Origin: Amoebidium appalachense
Lineage: Eukaryota > Protista > Ichthyosporea
DNA length: 64,000 nucleotides
Direction of reading: 5' to 3'
Assembly: GCA_963693365.1 (NCBI GenBank)
Contig: CAVNZM010000002.1
Location: forward strand, 6,833,943 to 6,897,942
In this document: positions 27,362 to 64,000 of the stretch, one piece after another
Layout: the number at the start of each line of letters is the position of its first letter
Numbering within the stretch: position 1 is the first letter of the stretch
The notes under the pieces: generated by a model
Seen by the model: only the letters and a program-made list of their open reading frames with translations
Database searches by the model: none
What the model was told of the DNA's origin: nothing
Translations under genes and position numbers: made by a program

Positions 27362-28660
27362 TCACCAAGTTCTCTCCATATCGCCTTCACCTACGTTCGC
27401 ACACTCCAGCACATACACATACTTTAACCGTCTTAGCGTGTGAACCCACCCCATATCCCCCTCCACACGAACTCGAAGCAAAGTAACAGAGCTCAAACTC
27501 CGACATGCGGAGAGAGGGGACAAATCTACCGGTCCGTCTGATCGCGACAGAAAAAACTCTCTCAATTGTGTGCACTTCGAAACGGGGGAAATGTCTTTCA
27601 ATCTGGGTGCACGTTTCAAAATGAGTGTGGTCAAGTGTGTGCAATTAGCCAGCACAGACAGATCACTCAAACAATAGCAATAATTGAGCTCCAAATGCCT
27701 CAACCCAGCACATCTTGCCAATCCATTCAGCGTATGAAACAAACTGAGATTTGCTTTCAAGAAGGTCACTTTCACACACGCGCCCACACATTCGAGTTCT
27801 TCCTCCGAGTATATTTCCCTCACTTGTAACGTGCGTAGGTGTGGGGCAGTGGACGCGATGGAGCGAAAGACCTGTCGAACCTGTCCGTATTGGTCTTCGG
27901 GAACGTGTGTTTCCCTTTGCAACCCGTGCTCGATCCTGATTTCAGTGAGCGGCCATGGTGAAAGATCAGCTGGTAGTTGGTTTATGAAGCGGCAGGAAAG
28001 GGATGATAGGCGCGAAAGGGTGTCCAGTTGCTGAAACGAGGCATCTGATTCGAGGAGACGGAAAGAGAAAGTCTCGACGGATGTAAGTTGACGAACAATG
28101 GATACATGTTCTGGTGAGAGCAGAAGAATGTTCAGCCCCAGTTTGCGTAAATGAGGAAGGTGAAGAAGTGATTCCAAGCCCAAGAGAGAACGCTCGGTGT
28201 GTATCGACAGAGACGTTACTTGTGTACACGAGGAGAGGGGGCTTATGTCAACGTCATAAAGGGAAAAGAAAGTTAGCGAAAGAATTGTTAAATTCGAGCA
28301 ACATGACGTGGCATCTGCTATCTGTGTGATGATCTGAAGCGATGATGTAGTCTCGTCAAAATATACAGCGAGGGAACGAACCGACCTCCCCCATGCTTTA
28401 AAACCGTGTTCCAGAGTTTTTCTTGCTGCGCTGTCAAATATAGTGGTGGTCCTAACAGGTGCCTCTCTCGCTAACGCTAACCATCTACGGCACACGAGTG
28501 TGCTGGGTAGGCGTTTTTTCAAGGAAAGAAAAGAGAAAATGTGAAGAAAAATGTCATCGTTTAGATCTTGTATGGTGAGTGAAGTTGGTGCTATGCACAC
28601 AGCTTGTGTGCTGATGTCTATATGGTTGGTGTCCATAATAATCGCATGTTGAACATGCAT
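27362..28660 (-). CDS. F-box / leucine-rich-repeat protein, single exon, 432 aa
   Basis: Uninterrupted high-complexity ORF with an F-box (IQDLNDDIFLHIFSFLSLKKRL...LVCRRWL) followed by LRRs (L..C..L..L.L..C..LSDLS.L, LKDISPVSKCTQL, VDLSPLSACRSL). Confidence 0.9.
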   Translation of the reverse strand: MHVQHAIIMDTNHIDISTQAVCIAPTSLTIQDLNDDIFLHIFSFLSLKKRLPSTLVCRRWLALAREAPVRTTTIFDSAARKTLEHGFKAWGRSVRSLAVYFDETTSSLQIITQIADATSCCSNLTILSLTFFSLYDVDISPLSSCTQVTSLSIHTERSLLGLESLLHLPHLRKLGLNILLLSPEHVSIVRQLTSVETFSFRLLESDASFQQLDTLSRLSSLSCRFINQLPADLSPWPLTEIRIEHGLQRETHVPEDQYGQVRQVFRSIASTAPHLRTLQVREIYSEEELECVGACVKVTFLKANLSLFHTLNGLARCAGLRHLELNYCYCLSDLSVLANCTHLTTLILKRAPRLKDISPVSKCTQLREFFLSRSDGPVDLSPLSACRSLSSVTLLRVRVEGDMGWVHTLRRLKYVYVLECANVGEGDMERTW

Positions 28661-28735
28661 GCATACAGAATTGTGTTATTTTAGGCGGTAACTAATACAT
28701 GCTAAGGCTATTGGCTTTCCACAGAATAAGCCATC

Positions 28736-28800
28736 ATGTTCATACCTGGCACAAAATGAGAAGAATGCAGTTCATACCTGGCACAAATGAGAAGAATGCA
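28736..28800. repeat. ~31-bp direct tandem duplication
   Basis: gttcatacctggcacaaa(a)tgagaagaatgca occurs twice, just upstream of the F-box gene. Confidence 0.85.
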
Positions 28801-30494
28801 TGTGGTCCCGGACCCAGGGCCGGGCCCCGGCCGCCCCGCAGTTCACGGCCCTCTGAAAATTAAACGTGCCCAGTTTCTTCTGTTCATATGTTTCACTTAC
28901 GCAAAAACAGTATCACCCTAGAGATGGAAATTAACCAATGATAATTGAGATAATGAACCAATAGAATGATAATACATCTGCAAACAGTTCAAACAGCCAA
29001 TGGTTAGCCTCCTTGGTTCCTCCTAGAGTGCGACTGTCAGCACTCAGACGTCGACAGATTCGAGGGTTTACACACTTTTTATTGCGTGGACACTGCCGGA
29101 GGCCCAGCCACATTCGACGGCCTACTGCGTTTTCCAGCGCAGCCAATCAAATGCAGCCAGTGACATATGTACTCGACACAAAATTTCACAAATGTAGAGT
29201 AGTAGTGGCGCGTGGAAAGGCGAGAAAATATATCTGGGGCTGTACGTTGGGGGCGGTTTACGGACTGTAGCTATCTATGATCAACCCGTGTACTTACGTC
29301 GATTACGAAAAAAATAAGTTGTGCATAACATCAATTCCCTTGCACCACGTCCATGGGCCAGTCGATCTCGCCAGAACACAGAATCATCACAACTTGCCGG
29401 ATATACGTGCACGTGCATGGAAACGCGGTCCCGCCCCCCTCCCCCCCCCTCCTCCCCCGGCCCCCCCCCCCCCCCCCCCAAATCCTTCCTTTTGTCCTGG
29501 TCGTGGCAACTGGAAGATGGTAGACGTAGTGGTACCGGTTGTGGTGCACGTGGTTTTGTGTCTGTATCTGCGTGTGTGTGTATGCCGTGTCTAGTCTCTC
29601 TCTCTCTCTCTGTGTACATGTGACATTTGTACGGATATGCATACCACCGTGTGTGCGTGAGTCACGGTATGCATGACTGTGTGGCACTGTGCTTTTGCTC
29701 GTTCGTGTGTCCGTATGCGTTGGCATGTGCGTTCGTAGCGTTGTGTGTGCGTGGGTCTTGCGGGTGCGTGTGTGTGCGTGTGTGTGTGATGAGGGTATAC
29801 TTGCGTGTGCACGCGTACATACGTGGCTATTCCGGGATGACCATACTCGGGGTGCATGGGGGGAGGTGGGGGGGGGGGGGGGGAGGTATTTATGAAGGGA
29901 GGGCCGTGATTGCCAATATTATTGGGCCTTGAATGGCCTTGGGGCAGACTTCAATATTTCAACCTTTTTCCAATCGCACGCTACATCTAGACTGGCCATC
30001 CCATAACCCGCCGTATCGTGTGAAAATGACAGTAGGAGCCTATTAATGGGCAATGTGCTCCTAGAAGAAATGATTCGCAAAGCGTGTACTCTTGGAGTGG
30101 CCCCATGTAGTCAATTACATAGTAGATGTACATGTCATTTGCCGGGATGGCTACACACTATATCCTGGTGTGTCTGTTCACATAGGAATGATTTCGTGTA
30201 TGTCTGTGCTGGTGTGCCTGAACGACTCTGTGTGTGTATGTGAAATAGCAGGGTCAACTTTTCAGTGACACTGTGGTGATAGCATCATAATGACAAAATT
30301 TTCGATTCACAAGAGCTCTCTTGAAGGGAGGAAAAAAAGAAAGAAAAGAAAAGAAAGAGAGAAGCAAGAAAGAAGGAAAGAAAACAACAAAGAACATACA
30401 ACTTGCAAGTCTCGACAGATACACAGCAGTTAAAATTCAAGAAACAACCACACATGGCGTCGTACTACCTCCAACAAACCTCTCCACGTTCCAC

Positions 30495-37184
<6,690 letters not shown>

Positions 37185-37607
37185 GGTGTCATGGCTGCCC
37201 CACCTACAACACCAGCACAAAAGAAACAACACCACTAAAACCCAGAGACGGCAGCTGTTCTCCTAAAGGCTGCTTACTTCAATATGGCACCGACATAAAA
37301 CAAGTTGAGAAAATGTAGGACATCCTGCGAAGGACGACAACTTCAGATAGATTCGTTGTGCACGAAATGTCAAATTTATGAGAATATCGAACTTATGTTT
37401 TATGGCGCGAAAATTCGTGATGTGTCTAACCTCCGCCGAGCCGACAACTTGAAGTTGACGGTCAACTCATCAGTCGCCTCAGACCTTGGTCAAGCCACCA
37501 TTTCGTGTCCGACATTGACAAACATGCTTTAGAGGAGTACTCTGACTCCTTTTTAGTGAAACCTCGCGACAGATCAAAAGTTACAGAGCTAGGAAAGATT
37601 AGCGAGA

Positions 37608-47463
<9,856 letters not shown>

Positions 47464-47710
47464 GGGGTGTGCTTGTGAATGTTTTCAATGGGTGTATGCG
47501 CGTGTGTCTGGGCATGTGGGTGGGTGGTGGTGGTTGGGGGTAGGGGGAGGGGGAGGGGGGGGGGGGGGGGGGTCGGTGGGTGGGTTTGTGTGTGTGTGTG
47601 GGGGGGGGGGGGGGGGGAGGGGGGAGGGGCTGGATGGTGTTGGTGGTGGTACGCGAGCTAGATGTGTTACTTTTTGTTTCGTGGTGGTGGTGGTGTTGGT
47701 CTGTCTCTGT

Positions 47711-47759
<49 letters not shown>

Positions 47760-48341
47760 TGTGTGTCTGTGTGTGTGTGTGTTTGTGCAGGGGGGAGGGC
47801 TGACGGCGGAGTCGATAATGGTGGGCGTCTGGGTGGGGCCACCATAGGCGTTTACTTATTAGATATGTAGGTGTACATATGCACACTTCAAATTGTATTA
47901 TCGAATGTTGTATCTTTTTCCACCCGATTCTGTTGTGTAGCTACTGCCGGCCCTCCACCTCCCTCTGGGCAGCATGAATGATATTGCAGCATTACGCCCT
48001 TGTACAGTATTATGGCTTTATAGGGCTTGATGCCTGTGTGTTGTATATAGGAGGGCTTGGTGTGATGAATAATGTCGTGTGGTAAATGTCTTGTGCGAAG
48101 GTGCGCGCAGCTGTCAGGAGAAAACGAATGCTATTCGCACAAATTCCTACGCAATAAAAGTTTTCACGTGCGATCCGGATCCGATAGGAATTCGATATCG
48201 GCCTGTTTTTGCATATTATCGAACAATGTAAACAAACACCCAAGCTTGTAGGCACTTCAGTTCCCCGTGCAACTGTTTTCTCTCAATTCTGTCACAGTCC
48301 CATATTACACCGTCCCCTTCGTTTCTCCGAGGCTCTCAACC

Positions 48342-48524
48342 ATGGCTCCCAAAACTATTCTCTTTGCCGGCCTTGCCATTACCTGTTTGTCAGGACATGT
48401 GAATGCCTTAACTGAGATCTCTGCAACCGCCCACTAATAGCACCCCGACTATCAACAACGACTCGGGCACCATCAATGGGGCTGTGAAAATGATTGGAAA
48501 GAGCAAGTACGACCGCCAATATAA
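48342..48524 (+). pseudogene. Signal-peptide ORF fragment, paralogous to the 50782 ORF, with a frameshift
   Basis: MAPKTILFAGLAITCLSGHVNA... stops after 31 codons. The next frame continues ...NNDSGTINGAVKMIGK..., followed by a donor-like gtgagc. Confidence 0.4.
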
Positions 48525-48894
48525 GTGAGCCTCGAAGCATAAGCTTTGTCTGATGTTTGCCGTTGTAGCCTTCAAGCTAGGTGCACACCAAACATCAGTG
48601 TGCTTGTAATACTTGTGCCTCCCGAGAACCTGTTGGTGCTCACTCGATCGCGATTGTTTTTCAAATCCTCGCCTCCCTTACAGATCAGTAAACAATTTAT
48701 AACACAATTCGTGCCATTCCCAACCCTCTCCCCCGCCCCCGCCCCCTCTCTCCACCCCGACCCCAAATGATGGATTGTCTTTGTGTGTGTGGTTGTTAAC
48801 TTCATCATGTTGTCCACCAGGAATGTGAACTTTGCACTCTGTGGCGCATGCTTAGTAACGTCCCCTCCCCCCTCCCCCCCCCCCCCCCCCCCAC

Positions 48895-49350
48895 ACACAA
48901 ACACACGAACGCTCGCGCGCACGTGTGTGCACTGCCATTACCATCTCTACCACCACGTGCTTAACATTCTTCCCCCCCTCCCTTCCCATCACCCACCCAC
49001 ACACGCATAAGCAACCGTACATGCGCGCACATACACACGCACACACATCAATTCACACACACAAAACAACCGCTACCATATTCACCATCACAGCCCCCCA
49101 CACATACACATGCATAAACACACACACAAACACACACGCACACACGAACATACGAACTCTCGCGCGCGCATGTGCGCACACGACCAAAACCGCCATTATC
49201 AGTGTCTACCACCACATGCTTACCATTCTCTCCCCCTCCCTTCCCACCACCCACACACACACGCATAAGCACGCGTACATTCGCGCACATACACACGCAC
49301 ACGCAGAAATTCACACACACAAAACCACCACTACCATATTCACCATCGCG
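48895..49350. repeat. Degenerate ~250-bp tandem duplication
   Basis: The block ctcgcgcgc..tctaccaccac.tgctta.cattct..cacgcataagca..gcgcacatacacacgcacac..attcacacacacaaaac..ctaccatattcaccatc occurs at ~48905-49090 and ~49150-49348. Confidence 0.8.
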
Positions 49351-49653
49351 GCCTCTATTCTCCCCCCCCCCCCCCCTCTCCCTTCCCCCCTCCCCCTTCC
49401 CCCCTTCCCCCCCCCCCTCTCCCCCCCCCCCCCCTCCACTCAACCGCCACTCTCGTGACTCGACCATCACCAACACCCTTCCTCGGTACCGGAGGCTCCC
49501 CCTCGTTGACTTCTACTAACACTACATAAACCACATACACTTTCAAACCTCCCCCTCCCCCCCCCCCCCCCCCCTCTTCGCGCCTATGTTTCAAAAGACA
49601 AAAAAAAACACCACCATTACACATATAACTAACACAATTCTCGCCATCTTGCG

Positions 49654-49695
<42 letters not shown>

Positions 49696-50082
49696 TTCCC
49701 CCCCCCCATAAGCCACCCCATCCCACCCCACCCACCGCACCGCACCCCACCCCACCGGGTCCACACACACACACACACACACGCACACACACACACACAC
49801 ATACACACACCGTGGCACACACACACATTCACACACAAAACTACCCGCACACCAGTCACATCAGCACAGTGGAGCGAATACAAGCGGCAGTTCGAGTGCT
49901 TTTATGTGAAATTTTTTGAAGTGTTTTCACGAGAGCTATTCAAATAAAAAGGCTCTGTGTGGGAAGGGGCCCGAGGAACGGGGAGACGGGGGAGAAGGGG
50001 GGGGGGGGGGGGGGGAGAAGGAGGAGGCTCAAACAAGGGCGAAATATTCACAAACGAACTTTGACATTTCCCTGTTTAATAT

Positions 50083-50123
<41 letters not shown>

Positions 50124-50314
50124 AAAAGACACGGATTTGAGGTGTCCCACACACAAACACACGAAGACAGACCCCCCCCCCCCCCCCCCACACACACGTG
50201 CACAAACAAACCGACACACGCACCCACCCACCCACACACACACAAAGTTTAAACGTAAACTGCCACGCTTACGAGCACAAACAGATTTACAGACACACAG
50301 ACACCGACGCAGAC

Positions 50315-50377
<63 letters not shown>

Positions 50378-50638
50378 ACACATAACGCACACATGCATGC
50401 ACGCAATTGTTCGAGAGTACATGCCTCAGTTCAAGTTGTAAATACGATTGCTACACTGTGTAACAAGAACACACTCTGCACACCGTATGACACACAAAAA
50501 ACAATGATACAAGCATAGCCAACGCATACACAAAAGTCTTAAGCACACAGATTTCCACAATAAGACATTCCCTATTTATTTGGAAGGAGTTCTAAGGCTG
50601 ACTCTCACATCATATATATGCAAAACCCCAGCACTTAC

Positions 50639-50782
50639 ATTGGCGGTCAAACTTGCTGGTGCAGCCATGTTGACTGCTCCCTTCACTATGCCCGTAGCGT
50701 CGTCAAGAACGGGTGCAGCTGTGGCGGTGACTGACAGGCAGCCAAGGGCAAGCCCAGAACGCACAAAAATCCTTGTTGCCAT
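50639..50782 (-). CDS. First exon of a probable secreted protein; downstream exons unresolved
   Basis: MATRIFVRSGLALGCLSVTATA-APVLDDATGIVKGAVNMAAPASLTAN has a hydrophobic signal and an A-x-A site, and is followed by a perfect donor gtaagt. Confidence 0.55.
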
Positions 50783-51987
50783 GGTAGCTATTTGGGGGTG
50801 AGTGAAAAAGAAAAAAAGCGTGCGTGACTGATGAAGGGTTCGGTCACGGTTTTACGAATTCCAGAGTTCCTGGATCCGGAATGCCTTGTGGTGGTACAGG
50901 GCACTGAGGCTTGATTGAAGTCACAGTGGCTGTATGACCAGCATGACTACATGCAGATTTTCTCCCCCAAAAAGGCTGTAGCCTGTAAGTTACAAACAGG
51001 CTTTGTTTTTAGGCTGCATGCAGTGCAGGGTCAGTGTACTTGCAACGGCGTTGTGTTTCACATATTTGTAGTATGCGGCCCGTCGTCCGGGCCAAAAAAG
51101 CGGAATGCGATTTATCGCCGTAAATGGCCATGTTCCTATTGGAGAATAATTGGAAGCCCTTATTATATTGCTCAGGAATGTAGTTTGTATTGTGAGTGAA
51201 TCGATGCCATTGGGTTACCGGGCACCAACATGAATACCAACGATTGGTCTTCAAATTCCGCAAACGAGGCCAGCTCAGAAATCACATGGTCAGCAGCGGA
51301 CACACTGTCATGACACGCCAGGCTGTGCGGGTGCATATGCATGTGGCACTATACAAACCCGGAAATCATCATTGCGCGCTCGGAGCCAATTGCAATAATG
51401 TAGGTGTGGATGTACACACAATGTACCAGTGCAAATCTGCCGATGATCTACATATGCATGACTGGCACACGCGTGGGTAAAAGATCGTATATACAACGCG
51501 GTGCAGGAAGGCTTTGCAGGTGAAACAGGATAAAAGTTTGTAGAAAGTCGAGTTCTATCCGGCGGTGCCAAACCCCCCCCCCCCCCCCCCCCGCGGCGCG
51601 GGGAGCTCGAGTGTGCTAGGAGGGGGAGCCTGGCCCAAAACGTCCCTCTGATCAGTTACAGTTTCACGCCTCTTCTTTATTATTGCAACACTTTCACGCC
51701 TCTTTATCATCTTGCAATATTAATTACACATATTGCACTGTGTGTGCCTCCCTTGTATAACATCCGATTCTCGTAGAAAACAAGTAACATGCAAGGTACA
51801 TATGTACGTCAGGCAGAGAGCAATCCTGGACCGCCATTTGGCAGCCATGGCGGCAGCTAATTAACAATAAATTTATTATTAAATTTTATAATGAAACATG
51901 AGTTATTGCATCAGCGTGAGGCATTATTATCGAGACAGCACAATCCATGACACATATGCATGGGCTGTTCTTTAATAGACTGCATTC

Positions 51988-62131
<10,144 letters not shown>

Positions 62132-63296
62132 GCTTACGTTGGGTGTCTAGCATATAAACGGGTAGCTGTGACGTTCCAAACTATGTCTTTTGCGTGCGTG
62201 TCTCATAGTCATCGGATCATCAAACGTTGAACTTCTTGATGTGGCAGATCTATTTGGAAAGTATTGCCCAATCATATTTTACAGATCAGGAGCACCAATC
62301 ACCTTCCGCCATGGTCACTTGTGTGCAAGTTGCCACTTTCCGCGGGAGGTTCCGAACTCCCTGGTTCCCCATCCCTTCTGGCCTGAACCAGGCGACATGC
62401 ACATATCCCCCAAAAATAAAAAAGCACGAAAAGTTTCTGTATACGTATTATTCTGTTAAAAGAGCGCTCTGGTGTCTGGTGATTCTGAACTTCTTTTTAT
62501 GAGTAAATCCGCCGTGACCCAGCCGCTCCGCGAATAAGACCGCGATCTCGGGAAGAATTTGGAGATTTAGTGACCGTCCCGTAGGCAGAGGCTAGCTCCC
62601 AGGCTCTCAGACTGTGAGAGCTGTGTGTTCCCCCCAACACACACACAAACACCCTCCCTTCAATGCTTATTCGTGCATAAAAATCACACACCAGGTATGG
62701 CTGCTAAACTGAACCTCGAGCATACATTTTGGCTTCTAGTGGCCCCCTCGAAGATGCCCTGTAGTGTATGAACCTAGTGAGGCTGACTGGTACATACACC
62801 CCTACGCCTTTCTTTTTCCTGGTCCACTTAGCATATATGGACAATCACGTCCAGACACCTATAGGGTACATGCACACACACACCAAGGCAACAACAATCA
62901 AATACACACAGAACGTATAGGCACTGTTGTGTCCGCATGAAAACACACAGGCACACAGGCACACAGACGTGCATGCGCACCTACTGGTACAGACACATAC
63001 ACAGTCACACGGACACACACACGTGTACACATGAAAGCTTGCATATCCATACACTCTCGCGGGCACCACAAACATTTGCACAAAAATACAAACTCCCTCA
63101 CCTTTGCACAACCAAAAACTTAACCATGGGAACACATGTGTACGCACTCATAGTTGCACACCTGCTAAGCACCAACCAAGCAAGCAACTCTACACTATAT
63201 GGCATACAACCCCCACAACTCACTCCACTCCATAACTTTCCCTTAGGAAAAAATCCGCCCGGTGGAGGAGCGATACAACTTTGGGGAATTCCACTC

Positions 63297-63310
63297 ACCC
63301 CCCCATACCA

Positions 63311-63348
<38 letters not shown>

Positions 63349-63933
63349 CCACCACCACCCTTACCCCCACCCCAACCCCCAGCACCCACACCCCATCCCC
63401 CCCTCCCCACCACGACCACTACGACCACCATCATACTACTCCCCTCCCCCCACCCCCTTCCCCCCCTCCCCCCACCCTTCATCCTTAGCCACGCCAGGCC
63501 CACCGCCCTTAATCCCAGCCCCCCCACCCCCTCAACTCCTAACACACACACGCACACACCACCACCACCACAACCACCGCAACCACCACCACCATTCTCC
63601 AGCCCCCCTCACTCCCACCCGACCGGCGGGGCCGAGGGAAGAGGGGGGGAGGGGAGTTTGGGGGGAGGCGGGGAGAGGGGAAGGGGAGGGGGGGGGGGGG
63701 GGGTAAAAGGGAAGAGGAGTCTGGGAACGTGCTTTTAGTGTGTGTGTGTGGGCAGTAAATGGGAAACAGCGCAAAACCGGGCAACGGAGTGGTAAAGGAA
63801 TGAGAAGAAAGACGCAGCAGAAACTATTTAAGAATGGAGGGCATGTGGAGATCAGGGTAACATGGGACAGAAAAACTATTTCAAAGAACGAGCCGGATGG
63901 AGTGAGTAGATAAGGGACAGATGTGGATGGGGT

Positions 63934-63935
<2 letters not shown>
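63297..63935. repeat. Chimeric segmental duplicate of two methyltransferase intron segments
   Basis: 63297-63614 matches ~59585-59862, and 63627-63930 matches 61461-61780 (with a 9-bp deletion near 63856). Confidence 0.88.
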
Positions 63936-63985
<50 letters not shown>

Positions 63986-64000
63986 GGGAAAGGGGAAGAG

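Overview
Eukaryotic genomic DNA, probably from a unicellular opisthokont-like organism (inference). It is intron-rich, and introns and spacers are packed with poly-G/poly-C, (CA/TG)n and (GA/TC)n microsatellites, so almost all ORFs in the supplied track are artefacts. By splicing exons by eye I reconstruct: NOL8-like (minus, about 18 exons, 190-~14162), a frameshifted MDR/enoyl-reductase-like gene (18553-19441), a 3-exon class I/II PLP aminotransferase (21284-24436), an intronless F-box/LRR gene (minus, 27362-28660), SMG8 (minus, 30495-37184) head-to-head with a 12-exon DEAD-box helicase (37608-47463), two convergent paralogous signal-peptide ORFs (48342+, 50782-) and a 9-exon METTL21-like methyltransferase (minus, 51988-62131). 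The most interesting item is a ~400-450 bp non-coding repeat present six times at five loci, always in the sense orientation inside introns. Its partial copies are 5'-truncated, all copies end at C-runs, and one locus is a perfect tandem dimer. Its ~160-nt core shows compensatory changes in several helices and a pseudoknot, and it contains all the hammerhead core words (GUU, GAAAC, CUGAGGA) in a non-canonical order. It is a candidate retrozyme-like element with a rewired or new self-cleaving RNA; no activity is shown.
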